Source: Candidatus Zixiibacteriota bacterium (GTDB lineage Bacteria; Zixibacteria; MSB-5A5; UBA10806; 4484-95). Taken from it: a stretch of 34,876 bases of DNA. The stretch spans positions 1-34,876 of the forward strand of contig JAOZPT010000023.1 of NCBI GenBank assembly GCA_029932605.1, in the 5' to 3' direction. How positions within the stretch are numbered: position 1 is the first letter of the stretch; each line of letters opens with the position of its first letter. Below, piece by piece: positions 26,506-34,876 of the stretch. Under the pieces are notes generated by a model that worked only from the letters and a program-made list of their open reading frames with translations, ran no database searches and was not told where the DNA came from. The translations under genes and the position numbers were made by a program.

Positions 26506-28598
26506 AAAAATTATATGCAATAATGATAATCTTGTTATTTTTAACCATTGGCCGATGTCTTGCAGGAGATGCTGTTTCGTCAAAGGCTCAAATAGAAGAT
26601 TTAATAAAGCAGATTGAAGCTTTAAAAAGTGGCCAATTCGTAGAAGGATTTGTTACCTCCGAGGGTATAGGCCATAAATGTGGCACTCATCTGTTCTTAG
26701 GGTTGTTGAGCGTTAAAGACCAGATAGAACCTTCTATATTGGAAAAGCTTTTAGCCCGGCCTGAAAGGCAGACATATATAGACACCCAGCATTTCCGGAT
26801 ACATTATGATACAACAGGAACACATGCTCCATATCAGGTTGATATTGATGTCGATCCCGCCGATAACATTCCCGATTATATAAATCGCACCGCTGAGATT
26901 TTTGAGTATGTATGGTCATTTGAAATTGACACGTTAATGTATCCGGCTCCACCATCTGATGACTCTGCCGGTGGCGATTCAAGGTATGACGTTTATGTCT
27001 CCAACGTTGGAGGTGCAGGTTATTACGGATTAACCCAGCCTGAAACTCAACTTGACTCGACTAGATATACCAGCTATATCGAGGTTGAAAATGATTATGC
27101 AGAGGTCGGTTATGGCAGTAATCCGATAGTTGGATTGAGCGTAACCGCTGCCCACGAGTTTTTCCATTCTATACATTTCGGTCTTGATTTTAACGAAAGG
27201 GATGGTGTTTATCCAAATGATAAACCATGGTGGTATGAGGTTACCGCGGTCTGGATGGAGGATGTGGTTTTTGACGAGGTTGATGATTATAAGCTGTTTG
27301 TTCATTACTTTTATGATTATCCCTGGTTGGGGCTTGGAAGTTTTTCCAGAAGCTTAAGTGATGTTCCCCGAATGATGCATCCATATGCCTCCTGTGTATG
27401 GGCAAGGTTTCTTCATGAGAGATTCGATCGGGATATCATCCGGCAGATATGGATTGAGTGTAGCCGTGTTGCCGGTTATAACGTTCTGCCTGCTACCGAT
27501 TATGTGCTGTCAGGTTATGGTTCATCGTTTGAGGAGGCTTTTTTGGAGTTTACCAGCTGGAATTTCTTTACCGGTGAACGTGCTGATACGGTCGATAAGT
27601 TTTCAGAGGCGGATGAATGGCCTGATATCAGTATCAGGTTTTACACTGAGGCTACTCCTTCTTTATATCCGGTTGGCGATACGTTTACCAGCGACGATCT
27701 TGTTCCAGAACCCCTTGGCGCAAATTACCATGTTTATCGAACCTGGCCATCATATATAGGAGGTTTACAATTTGACTTTAATGGTGAAGATATATATACC
27801 GGTAACAACTGGTTAGTAGGTGTGCTTGGTTGGGACCCAGCCTCGGATACTCTTGAGAATTTTTATATCGATGTTATCGGTGAGGGCACTTTGAGTTTCC
27901 GCGATTGGGGAAGGTATGATTACTTAGTTGTCATTCCCACTGTTTTTGGCTTTGTTCCAGGTTATAGCTCGTACGGGTATTCGTTTCTTACAAATTATGA
28001 CGAAAACCTTGTGGGTAATGCCCCGCTGTTTGGCGAGTTGCCCTCTGATACAACTGTTAAAGCTACAAAGTGTGTGAATATACAACTCTATGCTACCGAT
28101 CTTCAGGGGGATGCTATATGGTTTTCGAGCGATACACTTGAGGGTTTATCTTTATTAGACAACGGCAATGGAACTGCAATATTGACATATTGTCCAAAAA
28201 TGGAGATGGTAGGTTTCTCTGTTCCTGTAAGAGTCGAAGCCCATGATACCTCGGGTTACGACGCCAAGCAGATAGTATTTTATGTTGTTTCGCCGACTGA
28301 CGAGGTTTTCGCTAATATGTTCCCCAATCCTATTATCTATGAGGATGGTAACCCTATTACGTTGCAATATTTCTTGCCGGATACTATAAATGCTGGTGAC
28401 CTCGATATTCGGATATTCAGCGTTGCCGGGGAACTGATTTATAAATTTGCAGATTTATCTCAATTCAACTCGGGCTTCCATGAAATACCCTGGAATGGTC
28501 TCAACAGCAAGGGCAATCAACTGGCTGGTGGGGTTTATATTATCAAGGTCAGGGCTGGCAAAAAGTCTGGTTCAGGCAAGTTTGCAATCATCAGGTAA
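26502..28598 (+). CDS. Secreted HExxH zinc metalloprotease (MXAN_6640-like) with a C-terminal FlgD-Ig/T9SS-type domain
   Basis: Signal peptide, KCGT, HFRIHY, TAAHEFFHSIH, WYEVTAVWMED; FPNP...IRIFSVAGELI...WNG...GVYIIKV. Confidence 0.85.
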   Translation: MKKLYAIMIILLFLTIGRCLAGDAVSSKAQIEDLIKQIEALKSGQFVEGFVTSEGIGHKCGTHLFLGLLSVKDQIEPSILEKLLARPERQTYIDTQHFRIHYDTTGTHAPYQVDIDVDPADNIPDYINRTAEIFEYVWSFEIDTLMYPAPPSDDSAGGDSRYDVYVSNVGGAGYYGLTQPETQLDSTRYTSYIEVENDYAEVGYGSNPIVGLSVTAAHEFFHSIHFGLDFNERDGVYPNDKPWWYEVTAVWMEDVVFDEVDDYKLFVHYFYDYPWLGLGSFSRSLSDVPRMMHPYASCVWARFLHERFDRDIIRQIWIECSRVAGYNVLPATDYVLSGYGSSFEEAFLEFTSWNFFTGERADTVDKFSEADEWPDISIRFYTEATPSLYPVGDTFTSDDLVPEPLGANYHVYRTWPSYIGGLQFDFNGEDIYTGNNWLVGVLGWDPASDTLENFYIDVIGEGTLSFRDWGRYDYLVVIPTVFGFVPGYSSYGYSFLTNYDENLVGNAPLFGELPSDTTVKATKCVNIQLYATDLQGDAIWFSSDTLEGLSLLDNGNGTAILTYCPKMEMVGFSVPVRVEAHDTSGYDAKQIVFYVVSPTDEVFANMFPNPIIYEDGNPITLQYFLPDTINAGDLDIRIFSVAGELIYKFADLSQFNSGFHEIPWNGLNSKGNQLAGGVYIIKVRAGKKSGSGKFAIIR

Positions 28599-28616
28599 GC
28601 CAAAGGGGTTTAACAT

Positions 28617-29159
28617 TTGGATTTTAGAACCCGAAGGATAGCGGCCGCTGGCCTTTTCGCCGCTTTAGCCATAGCTATAAATTTTCCTCTCTTAGGTGTT
28701 CCCAATGTTGAGTTTTTCAGTCTTTGCCTGTTTATTTCAGGAGTGTTTCTTCGTATCTGGGGTGGCTTTGTAGTGCCGTTGGTTGCCGGTTCAGTTTTTA
28801 TAATATTAAACCCCAATGGTCCGCCAACGCTGTTTGCGGTGGCGATTGCCCAGATTATTGGGTTTGTCCTTTTTGGTTTGGCGGGTGCACTTTTTGGTAG
28901 AAGTATTTTGAAGAATAAAAGTCGTTTGCTCGGTTTAGTGCTTTTAGCCACTGTCGGGATTGTGCTAACCTTTATCTATGACCTTTTGACCAATGCCGCT
29001 TTTGCTGTTACAATTGGGCCATTCTGGCCAACCATTATCGGCGGTATCGGTTTTTCTATTTGGCATATAGTATCAAATGGTTTGATATTTGGACTTTTTG
29101 AACCTCTATTAGTGAAATTATGGTATATAGCAAGTCCTCGCTTGTATCAGTCCTTATAA
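28617..29159 (+). CDS. ECF transporter S-component-like membrane protein
   Basis: 180 aa, about 6 TM, RRIAAAGLFAALAIA (AxxxA) first helix, PNVE loop, HIVSN near the C-terminus. Confidence 0.75.
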   Translation: MDFRTRRIAAAGLFAALAIAINFPLLGVPNVEFFSLCLFISGVFLRIWGGFVVPLVAGSVFIILNPNGPPTLFAVAIAQIIGFVLFGLAGALFGRSILKNKSRLLGLVLLATVGIVLTFIYDLLTNAAFAVTIGPFWPTIIGGIGFSIWHIVSNGLIFGLFEPLLVKLWYIASPRLYQSL

Positions 29160-31114
29160 TACTGTTTTGCCTGAGCGGTTACACATTCGGTCAGAAACTC
29201 TTAAGGGCCGATGCTGAACCGGTCGATTCGGTGTTATCTGATTCGACTGCCACCGTTGATACATCTGAGGTAATGCCCAAAGATACCCTGATGTTTGAGG
29301 TTGATTCATTGCAATATGGTAATATTGATTCGGTCGTTGTTGAAAATGTAACCATAGTCCCAGACACTCATCTTAAACCATACTATCATACATACAGGCT
29401 TGGTCGGAGTTATGGTGATTATTTGAATTATACTACCGGTGTTTTTTCTCTTAAACACGGTGCAGTTGGTCAACCGGAGCTGTTGGTGAAATCTGTTTTA
29501 CTTGGTGGTCTAGGTGCTATTTATAATGGAGTACCCGTTTTTCACCAGGGTTTTTATTTCCCTTTTCGCAGGGGTATGGATTTGAATGCGCTGATGTTTG
29601 AGAATGTATCACGGATTGATATTACACCGTTATCATATCTCGATATATATTCCCAGGGGCAGGTGTTGTCTTTAAGGAGTATGGTCTGGCCAGCCATCGA
29701 TAATCCCTCGAGTATATCAGTTGCTCAAAAACCGTATGGCTATTCAAGATCTGCCTGGCGTTTCTCGCGATGGTTTTGTCGCAACATAGCTGCTACATTT
29801 ACTGCGGGTTTCAAAGAGTCCCGGGGTTATTACCAGAGTGGGACCGACTATGACGGTTTTGGTGTATCCGGTTCTTTTGCTTACCAGCCGAAACCTAACG
29901 GTGAAATTATTTATACTTTTTACCAGGGTAAGGCTAAAAAGGGGATTTTACAATTTGACAGGGTTATTGCTCCATCTTTGCGGGTTAATAATGTTCTTAA
30001 TCATCATAATCTGAAAGGGAGATACAAACCATCAAGGAATTGCCAATTTGAAATAGACCTCTTCCACCAGAAGAATTACAGTCATCTTTTTGATGATGCT
30101 AATTATCATCATCGGATAAGGGATTTTATCTGGGGAGGTAAGGCAGTTGTTTCTTTAAGTGGTTCGGCTCACAATCTTAAGGCCGAAGCGGGTGGTCGGA
30201 GACATCATATAGGTGGTTTAGAATCTGATGCGGCAAGTTCGGTTACCATGGGGATAGTAATTAGCGATTCAATGGTTATCAGCAACAAAGAGGAACTGAT
30301 GATCTCAGCAAGGGTAAGAAAAAATAACATCAACGATTTTAATATTGCTGGAACAGGTCGTTATTTGCATAGCCTGAACAACCGAACGAATATGAACCTA
30401 TCAGCGGGCTATCTTGATTGTTTACCTGATATTTACAGTATGTATTTCAATTATCCCACCATAAGCATGGAAGTTACAGACCTTTATGAATCCTACAATT
30501 TCCGTCCTGATGCTACAATTAAACCCTGTAAAATTATGTTCGCCACAGCTGGATTTGATATCAGTTTCAATGATAAGTTTTCTCTTTTTACAAACATTTC
30601 CTATGAAAAAGTTGACAATGATATAATATGTGTGACGGAGGATTCATCTGCGGTATGGTATACCACTCCGAAAAACATTGATTATGACAGGTTCACTTAT
30701 ATCGCAATCCTTAATTATTCTGTTACGAAATATTTTAAAGGTTCTTCCGGGATAACATATTTTATTTATGACCCCGGCAGTCCTCTACCGGGGATTAAAC
30801 ATTCTCCTAAAGGCATAGCATATTCCAGAGGTGCGCTGATATTTAAAGAGGTGCTGAAAGATTTAGACATATCAGGAGTTTACCAGTGTCGTTATATAAG
30901 TCCAAGGGAATATTATGGTTTTATTGTTGATTCGTATGAACCGGCAGTAGTTTTTGATGGGGCTATAGTGGTTCGTTTTGGTACTTTTGAGTTTAGGCTT
31001 ATTGAGGACAATATCTTGGATTATTTCATTGATAATAAATATAATATGTGGGGTGAGTATATAATGCCTCCAGGTTCGGTGTGGTGGCAACTCACCTGGA
31101 ATTTTACGAACTAA
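29120..31114 (+). CDS. Outer-membrane beta-barrel with a TonB-dependent-receptor plug-like domain
   Basis: Signal peptide; plug-like YNGVPV...MDLNALMFENVSRIDI; amphipathic strands; terminal WWQLTWNF. Confidence 0.7.
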   Translation: MVYSKSSLVSVLIILFCLSGYTFGQKLLRADAEPVDSVLSDSTATVDTSEVMPKDTLMFEVDSLQYGNIDSVVVENVTIVPDTHLKPYYHTYRLGRSYGDYLNYTTGVFSLKHGAVGQPELLVKSVLLGGLGAIYNGVPVFHQGFYFPFRRGMDLNALMFENVSRIDITPLSYLDIYSQGQVLSLRSMVWPAIDNPSSISVAQKPYGYSRSAWRFSRWFCRNIAATFTAGFKESRGYYQSGTDYDGFGVSGSFAYQPKPNGEIIYTFYQGKAKKGILQFDRVIAPSLRVNNVLNHHNLKGRYKPSRNCQFEIDLFHQKNYSHLFDDANYHHRIRDFIWGGKAVVSLSGSAHNLKAEAGGRRHHIGGLESDAASSVTMGIVISDSMVISNKEELMISARVRKNNINDFNIAGTGRYLHSLNNRTNMNLSAGYLDCLPDIYSMYFNYPTISMEVTDLYESYNFRPDATIKPCKIMFATAGFDISFNDKFSLFTNISYEKVDNDIICVTEDSSAVWYTTPKNIDYDRFTYIAILNYSVTKYFKGSSGITYFIYDPGSPLPGIKHSPKGIAYSRGALIFKEVLKDLDISGVYQCRYISPREYYGFIVDSYEPAVVFDGAIVVRFGTFEFRLIEDNILDYFIDNKYNMWGEYIMPPGSVWWQLTWNFTN

Positions 31115-31531
31115 TCACCAGTGAATCACTATTTTCTGTCCTCGTTTATATTGGATATCAAGATTGTCTAAGCCTCCTACTCTACCCAGTGTTGGTGGAA
31201 TATCATTGGAGTTGGAGATAGCGAAAGTGGTTTTGAATTTTCTGTCTGCCAGGCGAACGCTTAATTTGTGAAGATACATATTGGTGGCAGTTTCAGGCAA
31301 CAGACCGGTGATTCTATACCTTTTCCCGTTCTTATAATTGCCAACCATCAATATGCCTAGGCTTTTTGGTAAAATTGATATATCAGCGCCGGTATCGGCC
31401 AGAATATCCTCAATACTTATCCAGCACTTAAGATACTTTGAATAGATTGAAAGCTTTAACTTGGGCCTTTTTATCTTTTTAAAGACGTTAGATTGTTCGC
31501 TAACATATGGGATAATCAACTTTTTAGGCAT
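31115..31531 (-). CDS. Retropepsin-like (clan AA) single-domain aspartic protease
   Basis: ILADTGADISILP and TLGR motifs. Confidence 0.82.
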   Translation of the reverse strand: MPKKLIIPYVSEQSNVFKKIKRPKLKLSIYSKYLKCWISIEDILADTGADISILPKSLGILMVGNYKNGKRYRITGLLPETATNMYLHKLSVRLADRKFKTTFAISNSNDIPPTLGRVGGLDNLDIQYKRGQKIVIHW

Positions 31532-31710
31532 TTTAGAAACCTATTTGTTAATTTATAGCTTATACTTAAGTTCTTATCCCTGTTAGCCGCTTTAAATATC
31601 GGGTATTTTTTATGTATGTCCACACCTTTCCAGATTATATTCTTACCCACCTTTATCGTGTAAACGATAGATTCCTGTTTTCTTATTGTTAACTTGTTCC
31701 TGGGAATCAT
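31516..31710 (-). CDS. Small basic hypothetical protein (DUF5678-like by eye)
   Basis: 64 aa, overlaps the protease start; YTIKVGKNIIWKGVD pattern. Confidence 0.55.
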   Translation of the reverse strand: MIPRNKLTIRKQESIVYTIKVGKNIIWKGVDIHKKYPIFKAANRDKNLSISYKLTNRFLKCLKS

Positions 31711-31851
31711 AGTTTCTTCTTTTTTCTATTTCTATTTGAATATATCGACAGGCATGTCGATGCCTATAATCTTGTGAAATAATCTATAATTAAGTGAAAC
31801 AATGTTGATTTTATATTTCTGGTTGGGTTCTAATTTGTTTATATTATAAAA

Positions 31852-33072
31852 ATGAATAAGAAAGTATTAAGCTGGGCTGGATATGATTTTGCCAATACAA
31901 TATTTTCCATGAATGTTGTCTCACGTTATTTTCCGATTTTTGCAGTGACTGTTCTTGGCGGTACTGACCTGGTGGTGGGTGTTTCTCGCTCAACGGCTAT
32001 GGTTTTAGTTGCATTAACCACGCCTATTTTTGGCGCCCTTGCTGACCAGCATAATAAAAGAAAAACATCGTTGGTTATTTTTACTATAGCCTGCTGTGTC
32101 ATTACCGCTTTTTTAAGCACAGTTAATAACTTAATTGTAGAACTTGTGCTTTTTTGTCTGGCTATTTATTGCTTCCAGTCAGCGCTTGTTTTTTATAACG
32201 CTTTATTGCCGGCAGTTGCGCCCTCCGGCAAAATGGGATATGTATCAGGTCTGGGGGTTTCGCTTGGCTATGTCGGAAGCATTACCGGATTGTTTGTAGT
32301 AGCTGTTTTATCATCGAAGACCTTTTCGCCATATATCTGGACAGCTATTTTATTTTTGTTTTTTTCACTGCCGGTGTTCATCTGGGTTAAGGATATGCCG
32401 AGGGAAAATATCAAAGTCGATGGGGGGAAGGGGAGCCAATATCATAAAGGGTTAATAATTTCTTTGAAACGAGCCAGGCAAATTCCCGGTGTCATCAGGT
32501 TTTTGATAGGTAGATTTTTCATTGTTGAGGCAATGGAGACCGTTATTTTGTTTATGGCGGTTTTCCTGATTAAGGGTGCGGGTTTTAAGGGTATAACTTC
32601 AAATAACTTCGGGATTGATGAAGTGACAATTTACCTTATCGTTGTGACATCTTCGACGATAATCGGCTCTTACATCTGGGGTATGCTGACTCAAAAGTAT
32701 GGTCCTAAAAAAATGTTACTTTTGGCAGTGATATTGTGGTTTATATCTTTGTCGGGTATGGTAATGACATCAGGTAAATCATTTTTGTACTTATGGGGTT
32801 CAATAGCGGGCATTGCTCTTGGCGGTGTGTGGACGTCAGACAGGCCTTTATTAATAAATCTCATAGGTGATACCGCCAGACTTGGTGAATTTTTTGGGCT
32901 ATATGCTTTATCGGGAAGACTTGCGGCTGTAATAGGACCTCTTATCTGGGGGCTTGTTATATTTTTTGGGGAACCTTTTGGAGACATTAAATATAAATTC
33001 GCTATCGAGGCTCTTTTTTTGATGATGGTTATCGGTTTTATTATTTTGAGGAAGGTTCCTGATGCAAGGTGA
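31852..33072 (+). CDS. MFS transporter, UMF1/Atg22-like
   Basis: SWAGYDFANTIF, FYNALLP, VSGLGVSLGYVG, EFFGLY..SGRLAAVIGP. Confidence 0.9.
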   Translation: MNKKVLSWAGYDFANTIFSMNVVSRYFPIFAVTVLGGTDLVVGVSRSTAMVLVALTTPIFGALADQHNKRKTSLVIFTIACCVITAFLSTVNNLIVELVLFCLAIYCFQSALVFYNALLPAVAPSGKMGYVSGLGVSLGYVGSITGLFVVAVLSSKTFSPYIWTAILFLFFSLPVFIWVKDMPRENIKVDGGKGSQYHKGLIISLKRARQIPGVIRFLIGRFFIVEAMETVILFMAVFLIKGAGFKGITSNNFGIDEVTIYLIVVTSSTIIGSYIWGMLTQKYGPKKMLLLAVILWFISLSGMVMTSGKSFLYLWGSIAGIALGGVWTSDRPLLINLIGDTARLGEFFGLYALSGRLAAVIGPLIWGLVIFFGEPFGDIKYKFAIEALFLMMVIGFIILRKVPDAR

Positions 33073-34120
33073 GAGTTCAACGGCCCGTGATTATCGCGAG
33101 ATAGTCGGAGCTATACATATTCATTCTAAATATTCCGACGGCACAAAAAGCATTGAGGATATTGCTCGAATTGCCGGTGAGGTCGGGCTCGATTTTTTAA
33201 TGGTCTCAGACCATATGACTTTAGAACCCCTTCATCGAGGATTAGAGGGCTTTTATGGAAAAACGGCGGTTCTGATAGGTTATGAAGTTAACGATCCTGA
33301 TGATAAAAACCATTATTTGGTATTTGATGTCAATGAGGTATTACCCTCCGGGATCAAAGCGAATGAGTATGTAAAGCTTATTAAAGAAAAAGGTGGTCTG
33401 GGTATTATTGCCCATCCTGATGAAATTCGCACCAGGTTGGTCAAATATCCCTCTTATCCATGGACGGATTGGCATGTTGATGGTTATGATGGCATCGAGA
33501 TATGGAACCATATGTCGGAATGGATGGAATCCTTGAGTCGCTGGAACATGTTGAAGATGGCTGTTTCGCCAAGAAGGGTTTTGAAGAGCCCCACGGGAAG
33601 GATATTGCAAATCTGGGATGAAGTTAATCAACGTCGGAAAGTTGTTGGTGTTGGTTCTATCGATGTCCATGCTTATCCTTATCGTCTGGGACCATTAAGA
33701 ATTACGATATTTCCTTACAAGGTTCAGTTTAAGGCAATCCGTACACATCTGTTACTAACTGAACCTGCCTCTGGAGATTTCAACGCTTTGAAAAAGGCGA
33801 TATACCGTTCACTAAGGGGGTGTCACGCCTTCATATCCAATTACAGATGGGGAGATGCCAGGGGTTTTGAATTTTATTTGACTAACAGCTCAGGCAAAGC
33901 TGTCTGCGGGGATGAAATGCCCTGGACTGATGATACTACTCTTGTAGCTAAGTTGCCAAAATGGGCTGAAGTAAAAATAATCCGTAACGGTAGGTTGATG
34001 TTTTCCGGTAAGGGGAAGGAGTTTGAGATTAAGGCGCTAAAGCCTGGTTTATACAGGATGGAAGCTTTCATCAACAAAAAGGGTTGGATATATTCCAATC
34101 ATATCAGGTTGATAAAATAA
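33062..34120 (+). CDS. PHP-related metallohydrolase (CehA/McbA-like)
   Basis: GAIHIHSKYSDG, VSDH, GYE, IAHP, GIEIWN, SIDVH, C-terminal YRMEA...WIYSNHI. Confidence 0.85.
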   Translation: MQGESSTARDYREIVGAIHIHSKYSDGTKSIEDIARIAGEVGLDFLMVSDHMTLEPLHRGLEGFYGKTAVLIGYEVNDPDDKNHYLVFDVNEVLPSGIKANEYVKLIKEKGGLGIIAHPDEIRTRLVKYPSYPWTDWHVDGYDGIEIWNHMSEWMESLSRWNMLKMAVSPRRVLKSPTGRILQIWDEVNQRRKVVGVGSIDVHAYPYRLGPLRITIFPYKVQFKAIRTHLLLTEPASGDFNALKKAIYRSLRGCHAFISNYRWGDARGFEFYLTNSSGKAVCGDEMPWTDDTTLVAKLPKWAEVKIIRNGRLMFSGKGKEFEIKALKPGLYRMEAFINKKGWIYSNHIRLIK

Positions 34121-34186
34121 AAGGGTGAAACATAATGCTTAGATAGAGGGGGGCTAGAACTACCTAAGCGAGGAGGTTTCACCCTT
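34114..34186 (-). ncRNA. Candidate novel ~70-nt hairpin small RNA
   Basis: 11-bp and 10-bp stems, a G-U pair that forms only on the minus strand, U-tract after the stem, consensus promoter placing +1 at the first stem base. Confidence 0.6.
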
Positions 34187-34192
34187 AAAAAT

Positions 34193-34221
34193 ATTATAAT
34201 GTCAAACCGATAGTTTGTCAA
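34193..34221 (-). promoter_or_regulatory. Perfect-consensus sigma70 promoter TTGACA-N17-TATAAT
   Basis: Plus strand shows ATTATA 34193-34198 and TGTCAA 34216-34221. Confidence 0.85.
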
Positions 34222-34437
34222 GTAATTTTAGTTATACTACCCCTATTTATTTTAGTCGGTAGTATTGTTAATATTATTAAGGATTTCACCAGAGTTTTTT
34301 GTTTATATGTCGGCTATGTAAAATTTGTATTAGTTATATAGTGGTGTAACGATTTGATTGTGAATATATTATACGAATAACTTAAAGTAGTATATAGGAT
34401 ATTTTTATGTTTTTAAATCGAGAGTTAAATTTCCTTT

Positions 34438-34875
34438 TTAATAAAGTTTACCGGATTTTATTATGAAAACACCGGCGTCTTTCATTTCCTGAAGAGCTTT
34501 TTTGGAATCATCAGGATTAACATCGACACCCTTTATGGCATCGGAAATGACAACTACCTCAAATCCCTGTTTGAGGCCATCAAGGGCGGTGGCTTTGACA
34601 CAATAATCTGTGGCCAGGCCGGTAATAAATATCCTTCTTATACCATTTTCTTTGAGCTTACCTGACAGATCTGTCCCCTGGAAACCGGAGTAAGCCTCTT
34701 TGTTTTTGTCTGTGCCTTTAAAAATATGTATAGCATTTTCGACTTTGAGTCCGGGATGGAAATCCGCACCTTTGGTATTGGCAACGCAATGAGGAGGCCA
34801 TATTCCGCCCTGCTTTTTAAATGATATGTGATCTTCCGGATGCCAATCCTGTGTAGTGTAAACCTTATCGAATTT
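34438..34875 (-). CDS. pncA: Nicotinamidase/pyrazinamidase, 5' end outside the window (not in the ORF track)
   Basis: Manual translation: TQDWHPEDHISF...WPPHCV...KG...EAYSGF...GLATDYCVKATALD. Confidence 0.93.
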   Translation of the reverse strand, partial: KFDKVYTTQDWHPEDHISFKKQGGIWPPHCVANTKGADFHPGLKVENAIHIFKGTDKNKEAYSGFQGTDLSGKLKENGIRRIFITGLATDYCVKATALDGLKQGFEVVVISDAIKGVDVNPDDSKKALQEMKDAGVFIIKSGKLY

Positions 34876-34876
34876 T

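Noticed and set aside
534..34098. Remaining short ORF-track entries nested within or antisense to called genes
   Set aside because: No motifs or RBS; expected by chance
34171..34213. Plus-strand AGGAGG suggesting a type I toxin opposite the sRNA
   Set aside because: No start codon at suitable spacing; the nearest ATG (34199) opens only 4 codons

Overview
AT-rich (roughly 40% GC by eye) chromosomal segment of a diderm bacterium. LPS heptosyltransferase, lipoproteins, an outer-membrane barrel and a FlgD/T9SS-type C-terminal domain suggest an FCB-like lineage such as Zixibacteria (inference only). About 34 CDS, mostly housekeeping and envelope genes; no rRNA, tRNA, CRISPR or intact mobile element seen. 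Main observations: (1) a 431-bp inverted duplication (163-593 vs 17542-17972) of a bidirectional ECF-sigma/acyl-CoA-ligase promoter region, each copy keeping one intact gene and a 5' stub of the other, bracketing a probably inverted 17-kb block; (2) a ZraS/ZraR-like two-component system followed by a sigma54 promoter with tandem enhancer sites and four uncharacterised exported proteins; (3) an unannotated ~70-nt hairpin RNA candidate with a perfect TTGACA-N17-TATAAT promoter (34114-34186, minus); (4) recurrent leaderless-type gene starts; (5) an archaeal-type geranylgeranyl reductase/ferredoxin pair; (6) a lone ECF S-component coupled to a TonB-dependent-like barrel. Several starts were moved from the ORF track using RBS, signal-peptide or promoter evidence. 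All alignments and counts were done by eye.
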